Under the pieces are notes generated by a model that saw only the letters and a program-made list of their open reading frames with translations, ran no database searches and had not been told where the DNA came from. This document shows positions 48,993 to 58,648 of a stretch of 64,000 nucleotides of DNA, in pieces. The number at the start of each line of letters is the position of its first letter. The stretch's first letter is position 1. The stretch spans positions 87,912-151,911 of the forward strand of contig JADJLR010000008.1 in NCBI GenBank assembly GCA_016710015.1, read 5' to 3'. Source of the DNA: Flavobacteriales bacterium. Its GTDB lineage: Bacteria; Bacteroidota; Bacteroidia; Flavobacteriales_F; PHOS-HE28. The translations under genes were made by a program, and so were the position numbers.

Positions 48993-49637
48993 TCAGGTGT
49001 GCAAGACTTCCCATCCATTCGTGTTGAAGGTAATGTCATCTACCTCCAAAGGTGATATGGCATCATTCACGGCGCGCCGAAAAGCAGTAAAAGCCCGCGG
49101 ATTGTCTTCGATCCAATACCAGCTCCCCCATGGCGGTCTTTTGGCTGGGTCTGCCGATACGATCAGCCGACGCGACTTCCGGCCCGCGAAATCGATTGGC
49201 CGAGTGATTCGTGACAGTTCATCGCCTGCTATTGCGTTCCAGTCTCGTTTCAGATTGCTCATGGCCTCAACCAAGGCCTCCTTCGTTGGTGTTGGTTTCG
49301 GTGGATGAATTTGCTCACCCCATACTGGCCACCAACCTTTCCCATCGGCCGAAACACCAGCTATGCGCTCTGCAACATCCTCGTCCGGCGGTGCTGGCAG
49401 TTCAGCAATGAGCAGATCATGGAACCCATACTGTCGAGCCCATGTGAGAGTTTCGCGCCAACGGCCACGAATGGCATCTGCTGTCGAAAATGCAGCCCCA
49501 GCCAAAATCAATGGAACCGGCGGTTTGGGTATACCCGCATCACTTCGAGATTCCCAGGCCTTGACCAGGACTCCGTGAACTCTAGCCCAATCACTTGGGA
49601 CAGGGACAAGAACTGTATTGGAATCTTCTTTAGACAT
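48993..49637 (-). CDS. hypothetical protein
   Basis: 214-aa ORF, Pro/Trp-rich, no recognisable domain. Lies between the second DHFR fragment and the ALDH gene. Confidence 0.35.
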   Translation of the reverse strand: MSKEDSNTVLVPVPSDWARVHGVLVKAWESRSDAGIPKPPVPLILAGAAFSTADAIRGRWRETLTWARQYGFHDLLIAELPAPPDEDVAERIAGVSADGKGWWPVWGEQIHPPKPTPTKEALVEAMSNLKRDWNAIAGDELSRITRPIDFAGRKSRRLIVSADPAKRPPWGSWYWIEDNPRAFTAFRRAVNDAISPLEVDDITFNTNGWEVLHT

Positions 49638-49859
49638 AGCTGTGAGAGATCAGCCGAATGCAAAGGACGATAGCATCGCGTGAGGGGGCGCAGCGGCAGC
49701 CCTGCGCAGGCGTGGTCTTGCGGACGCGTGCAACAAGGAGGCTGCGACGAAGGAGCCCCCGGAGCGCCGCGACCGCTGGCCGCGACAAGTCAGGCTATAG
49801 CGGAGCACCCGACCCGCGCGGGGTTCGTGCGTGAGCGAGGGGCACGCCAACATCATCAC

Positions 49860-51240
49860 TCAATTCAAATTCAAGTAAGCCCCCAACCCATGCAACCCGC
49901 CTTCCCGTCCGTAGCCGCTTTCCTTGTAGCCGCCGAAGGGTGAGGTGGGGTCGAACTTGTTGAAGGTGTTGGCCCAGATGACGCCCGCGCGCAATTTGCT
50001 GGTGAGGTTGAAGATCTTGGAGCCTTTGTCCGTCCACACGCCGGCGCTGAGGCCGTAGGGCGTGTTGTTGGCTTTCTGGATCACCTCGTCCACGGTGCGG
50101 AAGGTCTGCACGGCGAGCACGGGGCCGAAGATCTCCTCCTGCGCGATGCGCGCGCTTTGCGCCACGTTGAGGAAGAGCGTGGGGCGGCACCAGAAGCCTT
50201 TGCTGGGCAGCTCGCAGGCGGGCTGGTACATCTCCGCACCATCGGCTTGACCGATCTTGAGGTACTTGTTGATGGTGCCGAGCTGTTCCTTGCTGTTGAT
50301 GGCGCCGATGTCGGTGTTCTTGTCGAGCGGATCGCCCACGACGAGCGAGCGCATGCGGTGCTTGAGCTTGCGGATCACTTCGTCGTACACGCCTTCCTCC
50401 ACGAAGAGGCGGCTGCCGGCGCAGCACACGTGGCCCTGGTTGAAGTAGATGCCGTTGATGATGCCTTCGACGGCCTGGTCGATGGTGGCGTCGGCGAAGA
50501 TGATGTTGGCCGCTTTGCCGCCGAGCTCGAGCGTGGCCTTCTTGCCGGTGCCGGCGATGCTCTTCTGGATGAGCTTGCCCACGCCGGTGCTGCCGGTGAA
50601 GGCGATCTTGTCGATGCCCGGATGGTTGACGAGCGCCGCGCCCGTGGCACCCGCACCGGTGATGATGTTGACGACGCCATCGGGCAGTTCGGCTTCCTGG
50701 ATGAGCTCGGCGAGCAGCAAGGAGGTGAGCGGTGTGGTCTCGGCGGGTTTCAGCACCACGGTGTTGCCGCAGGCCAGCGCGGGCGCGATCTTCCACGCGG
50801 CCATGAGCAGCGGGAAGTTCCACGGGATGATCTGCCCGGCGACGCCCAGCGCGCTGGCTGTTTTTCCGGGGAAAGCGTAGCCGAGCTTGTCGGCCCAACC
50901 GGCGTAGTAGAAGAAGTGCGCGGCGGCGAGCGGCACGTCCACGTCGCGACTTTCACGGATGGCCTTGCCGCCGTCCATGCTTTCGACCACGGCGAACTGG
51001 CGGGCTTTCTCCTGCAGCAGGCGCGCGATGCGGTAGATGTACTTGGCGCGTTCGGCGGCGGGCATCTTGCTCCACACGTTGTCGTAGGCCTTGCGCGCGG
51101 CTTTCACGGCGGCGTCCACATCGGCCGCGTTGGCCTCGGCGATGCGCGCGATCTTCTGCTCGTTGGCGGGGTTGATGGTGTCGAAGTAGTTGCCGCTCTT
51201 GGGCTTCACCCATTTGCCGCCGATGAAGAGGTCGTACTGC
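49860..51240 (-). CDS. aldehyde dehydrogenase family protein (5' end obscured by low-complexity artefact)
   Basis: Collinear ALDH from EQYDLFIGGKWV through catalytic ELGGKAANIIF and FNQGHVCCAGSRLFV to the C-terminus ~49860. The N-terminal ~15 codons run into the poly-G block. Confidence 0.8.
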
Positions 51241-51415
51241 TCCCCCGGGGGGGGGGGGCTTTTGGGGGGGGGGGGGGGGGGGGGCCCGGGGGGGGGTTTT
51301 TGGGCGGCCCCCGCCCCCCAGGAGAAAGGGGCCCCCCCCCCCCTCTTTTTTTTTGGGCCCCCGGGGGGGTCCCCCCGCGGGGGGGGGGAGGGGGGGATTC
51401 GAAATTGTTTTCCGG

Positions 51416-52036
51416 GGTGGCCGGCACTCAATTCAGTAAGCGCGGGCAGGTGCTCCATGGCGAACTCCAGCGAATGGGCCATTTCGATGAGCGTGGTCGC
51501 GAAGGTGCGCGGGTGTTTGCATTTCCGATCACAGGCCTTCAGTTCCGCCGAGAGGTGCGCACACAGGTCCTTGTACGGCTGAAAGAGTTTCAGTTTGTTA
51601 TCCTCGTCCACGTTCCGGTGCAGGAAGGATTTGGAGCCTTCCACGATCACCAGCGCACGCAGGTCCACCGGGTCCAGTTGGGCCGCCATGGCATCCTTGG
51701 ACCAGAGCCCGCACAATAAACGAATGTCCCCTGTAGGCGTTCCCAAGCATCCGGGAGCAAACGTCCTTCCTGCTGACAATGCGTATCCAACCACATCCAA
51801 TACAACTGGAAGTAGTACTGAAGCAAGCGCTGTTTGTTCGGAAAGTACTTGTAGATCGTAGCTTCCGTGCATTCTGCGCGTTCAGCGAGCTTCTTGAAGG
51901 TGAAGACCTCCAGACCAAGCTCGTTCATGAGAGCAAGTCCTTCCGAGAGGATCCGTTCCCCCACGACGGAAGTGCCCGGATCACGCAAGTGAAGGGTCGG
52001 GTCAGGGATCAATTGGTAATGGGCCATGGGTGCCAA
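51416..52036 (-). CDS. TetR/AcrR family transcriptional regulator (frameshifted near 51728-51731; 3' end obscured by artefact)
   Basis: HTH FTFKKLAERAECTEATIYKYFPNKQRL. The C-terminal ligand domain continues in the adjacent frame (DIRLLCGLWSKDAMAAQLDPVDLRALVIVEG...) after a GGGG undercall. Divergent from the ABC exporter operon. Confidence 0.65.
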
Positions 52037-52074
52037 ATATAGTATTACTTTAATTTGCGATTGCTTTACTACCT

Positions 52075-53751
52075 TTGCGCCCGATGACGAACCCCATCAC
52101 CCCTTGGCAGCGCCTTGGACGTCTGTTGCGCGTGGACAAGCGCGAGATCGGCCACATTTACCTGTATGCGCTTGTGGGCGGTGCCATCAGCCTTAGCCTA
52201 CCGCTTGGCGTACAAGCCATCATCAACCTGATCAGCGGCGGACAGATCGCCACGAGCTGGGGTGTGCTCATCGCTTTCGTCACCGTCGGAGTTGGTTTCA
52301 GCGGAGCCCTGCAGGTGATGCAGTTGGCCTTGGCCGAGAATATCCAACAGCGCCTGTTCGCGCGCAGTGCGCTGGAGTTCGCATACCGGATCCCGAGGGT
52401 AACGTATGACGCTGCCAGTGGCCGATACCTGCCTGAACTGGTGAACCGCTTCTTCGACACCATGACCGTGCAGAAGGGCTTGGCGAAGCTGCTCCTGGAT
52501 ATTCCATTAGCGATCCTTCAGATCGCGCTTTCCTTGATCCTTTTGGCGGTCTATCACCCTTTCTTCATCGCCTTCGGCCTATTCCTGGTCATTCTTCTCT
52601 TGCTCATATTCCGCTACACCGGCCAACGTGGATTGGCGACCAGCTTGGAGGAGAGTTCCTATAAGTACAAGGTGGCTTTCTGGCTGGAAGAACTCGGTCG
52701 GAACCAAGGCACTTTCAAAATGATCGGCCGGACCGATATGCCGCTGGAACGCACGGATGAACTGGTAGGGAAGTATGTCGACGCACGGAAAGCACATTTC
52801 AAGATACTCCTTGGCCAATACAGCGCCATGGTGGTCTTCAAGGTGGTGCTGACCCTTCTTCTGCTCGCTATCGGAGGAGCGTTGGTGATGAATGAACAGA
52901 TGAACCTCGGTCAATTCGTCGCAGCGGAGATCGTGATACTCTTGCTGATCAACGCCGTGGAAAAGATCATCCTGAACATCGCGAGCGTGTATGATGTGGT
53001 CACCGCATTGGAAAAGATCGGTCAGGTCACGGACATCGAATTGGAGCGCACCGGTGGGCTGCAGATCCTGTCCACGTCCGTGGACCAAGGACTTGAAGTA
53101 CGCGTGAAAGACCTCCGATACCGATCGGGTTGGAGTGAACGCAATGTGCTCGATGGCCTGGACCTTCATTTGGCTCCTGGGGAAAAGGTCTGCATCGGTG
53201 GAACGACCGGTGCCGGGAGATCGACCTTGCTGCGCATATTGGGCGGAGGCATTCCGGCTGCCGCAGGCTCCGTCACCTTGGACGGTCACTCGATGACCAG
53301 CTTGGACCTGGAGCATGTGCGCTCCATGATCGGCGATAGCTTGAGCGACGAGAACGTATTCTCCGGTTCGGTGATGGACAACATCACTGTTGGGCGGAAG
53401 TGGATCACGGAGGACCAATTGATCGAGGCCTGCAAAGTGACGGGCCTGTTCGACCAGCTCGCCATGTTGCCCCATGGCCTGCTCACACAATTGGACCCAC
53501 AAGGGGCGCGATTGCCGAGGAGCCTGGTGAAGCGCATCGTACTCGCACGCGGTATCATCGGAAAGCCCCGTCTGTTGCTTTTGGAAGACAGCCTGAAGGA
53601 CTGGGAGCCCGAACAGCGTGAGCAGTTGTTGGGCTGGATCACGGCTGCTGAACGCCCATGGACACTGTTGGTGGTCAGCAACGATAAGTGGGTACAGGAA
53701 CGCTGCTCCCGGGTTTTGGAATTGAAGAACGGAAGGCTCGAATCACATTGA
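52075..53751 (+). CDS. ABC transporter ATP-binding/permease protein (HlyB-like exporter, no peptidase domain)
   Basis: 6-TM domain then NBD with GGTTGAGRSTLLRIL (Walker A), LDGHSMTSL, LLLLED (Walker B). Confidence 0.8.
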   Translation: MRPMTNPITPWQRLGRLLRVDKREIGHIYLYALVGGAISLSLPLGVQAIINLISGGQIATSWGVLIAFVTVGVGFSGALQVMQLALAENIQQRLFARSALEFAYRIPRVTYDAASGRYLPELVNRFFDTMTVQKGLAKLLLDIPLAILQIALSLILLAVYHPFFIAFGLFLVILLLLIFRYTGQRGLATSLEESSYKYKVAFWLEELGRNQGTFKMIGRTDMPLERTDELVGKYVDARKAHFKILLGQYSAMVVFKVVLTLLLLAIGGALVMNEQMNLGQFVAAEIVILLLINAVEKIILNIASVYDVVTALEKIGQVTDIELERTGGLQILSTSVDQGLEVRVKDLRYRSGWSERNVLDGLDLHLAPGEKVCIGGTTGAGRSTLLRILGGGIPAAAGSVTLDGHSMTSLDLEHVRSMIGDSLSDENVFSGSVMDNITVGRKWITEDQLIEACKVTGLFDQLAMLPHGLLTQLDPQGARLPRSLVKRIVLARGIIGKPRLLLLEDSLKDWEPEQREQLLGWITAAERPWTLLVVSNDKWVQERCSRVLELKNGRLESH

Positions 53752-53754
53752 TCC

Positions 53755-55113
53755 ATGTTGGACCTAAGCCCACAGAACCCCGTACCCGTTCTCGATCGAA
53801 GTTCGTTCGCGTCGTTCCGAACGATCGGCATCGCCAAGGCCAATGAGCTCTTTGCGAAATGGCTGATCGCGATCTGTATCCTTGTGCTGCTCGGAATGTT
53901 CCTGCCCTGGACACAGAACATCCGGGCGCGCGGCACCCTCACGAGCCTCTCCCCTGATCAGCGCCCGCAAACGCTACACTCCATCATTCCTGGTCGCTTG
54001 GAAGAATGGTTCGTGCAGGAAGGCCAATTGGTAGAGAAGGGCGATACGATCCTGCGCTTGAGCGAAGTGAAGGCGGAATACTTCGATCCGTTGTTGTTGG
54101 ATCGGACACAGCAGCAGATCACCGCCAAGGAAATGACGGCGCGCAGCTATGACGAGAAGGTGCGTTCGCTGGATGCCCAGATCGATGCGCTGAGTGGTGG
54201 ACTCCGGATCAAACTGGAACAGGCTCAGAACAAGATCCTACAGGCCGGACTGAAGATCCAAAGTGACAGTATCCGTGTGGTGGCGGCACGCACAGAGATC
54301 AAAGTGGCCGACGACCAATACGCGCGGGGCGAGCAACAATTCAAGGAAGGACTTATCAGCAAGGTGGAATTGGAGAAACGCCAAGTGGCGCAGCAACGAG
54401 CAAATGCAACATTGATCGATGCGAAGAACAAGTTGCTGGAGGCCCGGAACGAATTGCTCAATGCTCAACTGGAAGTGAATGGTATCCGGAACGACTATCG
54501 CGACAAATTGAGCAAGGCCGAAAGTGAGAAGTTCGCCAGCATGAGCCAGTTCTTCACCACCGAAGGAGAAGTGAGCAAGATGCAAGTGGACCTGGCGAAT
54601 TTTACCGTGCGTGCCGGCAACTACTATGTGACCGCACCGCAGCAAGGCTACATCACCAAAGCGGTAGTGACAGGTATCGGCGAAACAGTGAAAGAAGGTG
54701 ATGATCTCGTGACCATAATGCCTGCACGTTTCGACCTCGCGGTTGAGCTCTACGTACGCCCTATGGACATGCCGTTGGTCAACGCAGGTCAAAAGGTGCG
54801 CTTCATCTTCGACGGGTGGCCAAGCATCGTCTTCAGCGGGTGGCCGAACACCAGCTACGGCACCTTCGGTGGAACGGTCGTGGCGATAGACAATTTCATC
54901 AGCCCGAACGGCAAGTACCGCATCCTTGTAGGTCCCGATCCGGATGATGACCAGTGGCCGAAAGCCTTGCGTGTAGGTGGCGGTGCCGTGGGATTCGCGC
55001 TGATGAGCGACGTGCCGATCTGGTATGAACTCTGGCGGCAGGTGAATGGATTCCCTCCGGACCTCTATACCGACGTGAAGGATGTGAGCACCAAAGAGGA
55101 CAAGGAAAAATGA
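53755..55113 (+). CDS. HlyD family secretion protein (membrane fusion protein)
   Basis: N-terminal TM anchor, long coiled-coil, C-terminal beta-barrel/lipoyl-like hairpin. Classic type-I-secretion MFP layout. Confidence 0.75.
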   Translation: MLDLSPQNPVPVLDRSSFASFRTIGIAKANELFAKWLIAICILVLLGMFLPWTQNIRARGTLTSLSPDQRPQTLHSIIPGRLEEWFVQEGQLVEKGDTILRLSEVKAEYFDPLLLDRTQQQITAKEMTARSYDEKVRSLDAQIDALSGGLRIKLEQAQNKILQAGLKIQSDSIRVVAARTEIKVADDQYARGEQQFKEGLISKVELEKRQVAQQRANATLIDAKNKLLEARNELLNAQLEVNGIRNDYRDKLSKAESEKFASMSQFFTTEGEVSKMQVDLANFTVRAGNYYVTAPQQGYITKAVVTGIGETVKEGDDLVTIMPARFDLAVELYVRPMDMPLVNAGQKVRFIFDGWPSIVFSGWPNTSYGTFGGTVVAIDNFISPNGKYRILVGPDPDDDQWPKALRVGGGAVGFALMSDVPIWYELWRQVNGFPPDLYTDVKDVSTKEDKEK

Positions 55114-56540
55114 GAAGAATACTCCTGATAGGCCTGCTGATGAGCACTTGCGCTATGATGGCGCAGGTGCCCTCGAGCGGAACGCTTACCCGGGAGACCT
55201 TTGTCCGCTTGGTGCTGGAGAACCACCCCATGGCCCGCCAAGCAGCGCTGCGCAATGAGTTCGGCGAAGCCAGTGTGCGTGGAGCACGCGGCGGATTCGA
55301 CCCCATGGCAGTGGCCAGCTATACCGAGAAGCGATACGACGGCACCGACTATTTCGACCTGCTGGATGTCGGTTTGAAAGTACCTACCTGGTTCGGCGTG
55401 GAGCTCATCGGTGGCTTCCAGGACAACAGTGGCGTATACCTCGACCCGCAGAACACCACCACCGGCGATGGACTGGTGAAGGCGGGCGCTGAGGTGTCCA
55501 TCGGCCAAGGTCTATTCATCGACCAACGGCGCGCGACACTCCGCAAGGCCCAAGCCTACCAGCGTGGAACAGAGGCCGAGCGCCAAGAGATGTTGAACGC
55601 ACTCTTGTTGGATGCTCTCAATGACCATACGGATTGGGTAGTGGCCTATGAACAACTGCGTATCAGCGACACCGCCGTGGTCCTCGCACAACGCCGTTTC
55701 GATCAGGTGCGCGGCAGTTTCCGGGGTGGCGACAGACCTGGTATCGATACGCTGGAGGCCTTCCTTCAAGTGCAAGATCGGCAAATGCGCCAACAACAGG
55801 CCCAGCTCAACTTCCGAAACTCCGCCCTGCGCTTGAGCAACCATCTTTGGGACGATGCACAACGACCACTTGAGCTGCAGCCGGGTGTGGTACCGGTCTT
55901 GACCGACCTCGCTTCTCCGATCGTTTTCGCGCTGGCGGATAGTGCGATCGACCGTGCGATCGAGACCCATCCGAAGTTGCTTCGGACACGAGCGAAACTG
56001 GACCAATTCGAGGTGGACACACGCTACCGCGCAGAGCTTCTAAAACCCCAACTGGACCTGCAGTACCTCTGGTTGGGGGGTGTAGGCGCAGTGAACAACG
56101 AAGCAGGAACAACACTCCTTGGCGAAGGACACCAACTCGGGGTCGGCTTCAAGATGCCATTGCTACTTCGCAAGGAGCGCGGGGAATTGAGCTTGGCAAA
56201 GCTCCGTTTGACCGATGCCGAACTTGGGCTGGAACGCGACCGGACAATGATCCGCAACAAGGTGCTGGAACGGTTGAATGACATTGCCACGTTCAGGCGA
56301 CAGACCGACCTCGGCGCGGACATGGTCACCAACTATTCCCGGTTACTGAGCGGTGAATCGCAGCGCTTCAGTCTTGGGGAGAGTTCGCTTTTCCTTGTCA
56401 ATGGTCGCGAAGTTCCGCTTATCGAATCGCGCTTGAAACAGGTGGAATACCTGGCCAAACTGCGCAAGGCCTATTTCTCGTTGGACCACGATGCAGGAAC
56501 GCTCTGGCAGGCATGGTCCGTAAACACCCCGCAACCATGA
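55110..56540 (+). CDS. TolC family outer membrane protein
   Basis: Signal peptide MRRILLIGLLMSTCAMMAQ; two OEP repeats; ATGA overlap with HlyD gene. Confidence 0.75.
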   Translation: MRRILLIGLLMSTCAMMAQVPSSGTLTRETFVRLVLENHPMARQAALRNEFGEASVRGARGGFDPMAVASYTEKRYDGTDYFDLLDVGLKVPTWFGVELIGGFQDNSGVYLDPQNTTTGDGLVKAGAEVSIGQGLFIDQRRATLRKAQAYQRGTEAERQEMLNALLLDALNDHTDWVVAYEQLRISDTAVVLAQRRFDQVRGSFRGGDRPGIDTLEAFLQVQDRQMRQQQAQLNFRNSALRLSNHLWDDAQRPLELQPGVVPVLTDLASPIVFALADSAIDRAIETHPKLLRTRAKLDQFEVDTRYRAELLKPQLDLQYLWLGGVGAVNNEAGTTLLGEGHQLGVGFKMPLLLRKERGELSLAKLRLTDAELGLERDRTMIRNKVLERLNDIATFRRQTDLGADMVTNYSRLLSGESQRFSLGESSLFLVNGREVPLIESRLKQVEYLAKLRKAYFSLDHDAGTLWQAWSVNTPQP

Positions 56541-56851
56541 TCCATGTGACCTTCCAAACACGCACCATCGAGGCGGCTGAAAAGCTTGCAGGGCATCTCA
56601 TGGAACAACACCTCTTGCTCTTTCCCACCATCGATACCGACCATGAGGAGCTGACCTGGGTGAATCGGGCCTTGGAACGGACAAGCCAACTGTTGCTACA
56701 GGGCATGAGCAAAGCATTGCTCTACCGCGACCTGGAGCGCGAAGCGTATGCCCTTTTAGGGGATGACCTTGTGCGCATGCACGCAGTACCCGTGGTGAAC
56801 ATGGACCCGCACGCCCAGCAGGTGCTGTTGGAACAGACCGCAAAAGTTTAG
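56537..56851 (+). CDS. CutA1-like divalent-cation tolerance family protein (tentative)
   Basis: 104 aa from MIHVTFQT...; the V.T.F...EEA..LA..L.EQ.L and KT....L....L pattern resembles CutA1. Weak assignment. Confidence 0.35.
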   Translation: MIHVTFQTRTIEAAEKLAGHLMEQHLLLFPTIDTDHEELTWVNRALERTSQLLLQGMSKALLYRDLEREAYALLGDDLVRMHAVPVVNMDPHAQQVLLEQTAKV

Positions 56852-56855
56852 GCCC

Positions 56856-58109
56856 ATGAGCATCCCGCACACCCTCCGATGCGTATTGCTCATGCTACTG
56901 AGCGTGTGTTCGATGGCCGCATCATACGGGCAATGGGGCAACCGCCTCGATGCCGTTCAGGAGATCCAACGGGGCGATAACCTGCTTCGGCAGGGTAACA
57001 GCGAACAAGCACTATTGGCATACACCAACGCCATCCAAAAGGATAACTCCTTCGCCGATGCGTACATGAAACGCGCCACATTGTACAGCCGACTTGGGCA
57101 GAACATGGCGGCCATAGCCGATATGGATAGGGCCCTGGAGCTGAACCCGTACAGCGAATACATCTACGACCGAAGGGCCAAAGTGAAGATCCTTGCCAAC
57201 GACCTGAAAGGCGCTGAAGCGGACATCAACAAGGCCGTTGAACTGAAACCCTACGATGACCTTTTGCGCGAAAGCCGCGTGGACACCTGGCTGGCCATCG
57301 GAGAGGTGGACAAGGCGATCCTGGAGATCGACACGCTTCTTGAACGCAGCCCAGGCGACCTGATGCTGATGATGAAGAAGGGCGTTGCCTTGTTGCAAAA
57401 TGACCAACACGTAACGGCCTTGGAGGTCCTGGATGAAGCTGCCGAAAATGCGCCACGCTCGGCACTCGTGCAAGACCTACGTGGTGTTGCATTGATCCGG
57501 TCCGAGCGCTGGTCCGAGGCCTTGAAAGCGTTCGATACGGCCGTGAACCTCGACAGTACCTTCGATCTGGCATGGTTCAATAGAGCGCTTGTACACCGAA
57601 AGCTCGGCAACGTTCCGGAGGCCGATCGCGATATGGACAAAGCGCTGACCTTGGGCCGCGACAAGGCCCACATGTTCTTCCAACGGGCCCTGACAAGAAA
57701 ACGAACGGGCGATCTTACCGGTGCACGAGCCGACTACGACAAAGCTTTGGAACTCGCACCTGACTACTTGGAAGCGCAGTACAATCGCGCCTTCGTGCGA
57801 AAGCAATTGGGCGACCACGCAGGGGCTTTTGATGATGCGGAAGCCTCGTTGCGCTCAGCTCCTGATGATCCTGATGCGTGGGTCATGAAAGGCAACTTGC
57901 ACATGCTTTATGGTGAATTCATTGAAGCCATCGAATGCTTCGATCGGGGCCTATCCTTGGATCAAGGACATCAAAACGCCCTTTACAACCGTGGATTGGC
58001 CTATCACATGCGCTACGATCCGCTTAGGGGCTGCGATGATCTGCGCAGAAGTGCCGACCTTGGATCGGAGCAGGCGCGTGATGCCATGCGGTATTTCTGT
58101 GCGTTCTGA
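56856..58109 (+). CDS. tetratricopeptide repeat protein (secreted)
   Basis: Signal peptide; about 10 TPR units (AYTNAIQKDNSFADAYMKRATLY..., ALELNPYS..., ALELAPDYLEAQYNRAF...). Confidence 0.75.
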   Translation: MSIPHTLRCVLLMLLSVCSMAASYGQWGNRLDAVQEIQRGDNLLRQGNSEQALLAYTNAIQKDNSFADAYMKRATLYSRLGQNMAAIADMDRALELNPYSEYIYDRRAKVKILANDLKGAEADINKAVELKPYDDLLRESRVDTWLAIGEVDKAILEIDTLLERSPGDLMLMMKKGVALLQNDQHVTALEVLDEAAENAPRSALVQDLRGVALIRSERWSEALKAFDTAVNLDSTFDLAWFNRALVHRKLGNVPEADRDMDKALTLGRDKAHMFFQRALTRKRTGDLTGARADYDKALELAPDYLEAQYNRAFVRKQLGDHAGAFDDAEASLRSAPDDPDAWVMKGNLHMLYGEFIEAIECFDRGLSLDQGHQNALYNRGLAYHMRYDPLRGCDDLRRSADLGSEQARDAMRYFCAF

Positions 58110-58120
58110 ACCGATCACCT

Positions 58121-58648
58121 GTGATCATGGACTTTCTCACCGCCCATCAGGAACAGTTCGTAGAGACCGCCGTCTGCGTATTCGCATTCTTGCTCTTGCG
58201 TCTCTTTGGGCACCGTATCGTGCGCAATGCCATCGTTCGTTCCTCCTTCAAGGCAAAAGAAGAAAAGGAGATCCTGCGCCTTTTGAATTTGTTCAACGCC
58301 GTTGTTTTCGCGATCGTGATCACCGCGATCTGGGGTGTGAAGCAGAGCGAGATCCTGATATTCGCCACCTCCGTGATCACTGTGCTCGGTGTGGCCTTCT
58401 TCGCGGAAATGTCCATTCTCTCGAACATCACGTCCTGCCTCGTGCTCTTCTTTCAGCATCCGATCAAGATAGGCGATACCCTTAAGGTGTATGACGAAGA
58501 CGATGTCATCGAAGGCGAATTGATCGATATCACCTATTTCTTTGTTTTCATTCGCACCGTTGATCGGGGAACAGTGACCATACCCAACTCCGTATTGCTG
58601 AAATGTCCATTCTACGTGACGGAATCGACTGACAACCGGAAACAATGA
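58121..58648 (+). CDS. mechanosensitive ion channel (MscS-like) small-conductance family protein
   Basis: 175 aa, 3 TM helices then MscS beta-domain motif IKIGDTLKVYDEDDVIEGELIDITYF...VTIPNSVL. Confidence 0.65.
   Translation: MIMDFLTAHQEQFVETAVCVFAFLLLRLFGHRIVRNAIVRSSFKAKEEKEILRLLNLFNAVVFAIVITAIWGVKQSEILIFATSVITVLGVAFFAEMSILSNITSCLVLFFQHPIKIGDTLKVYDEDDVIEGELIDITYFFVFIRTVDRGTVTIPNSVLLKCPFYVTESTDNRKQ

Noticed and set aside
49795-51719. Overlapping long ORFs 49795..50898(-) and 50157..51719(+) inside the ALDH region
   Set aside because: Arg/Pro/Gly-rich low-complexity translations in alternative frames of the well-supported ALDH gene (49860..51240). They extend through the poly-G artefact.
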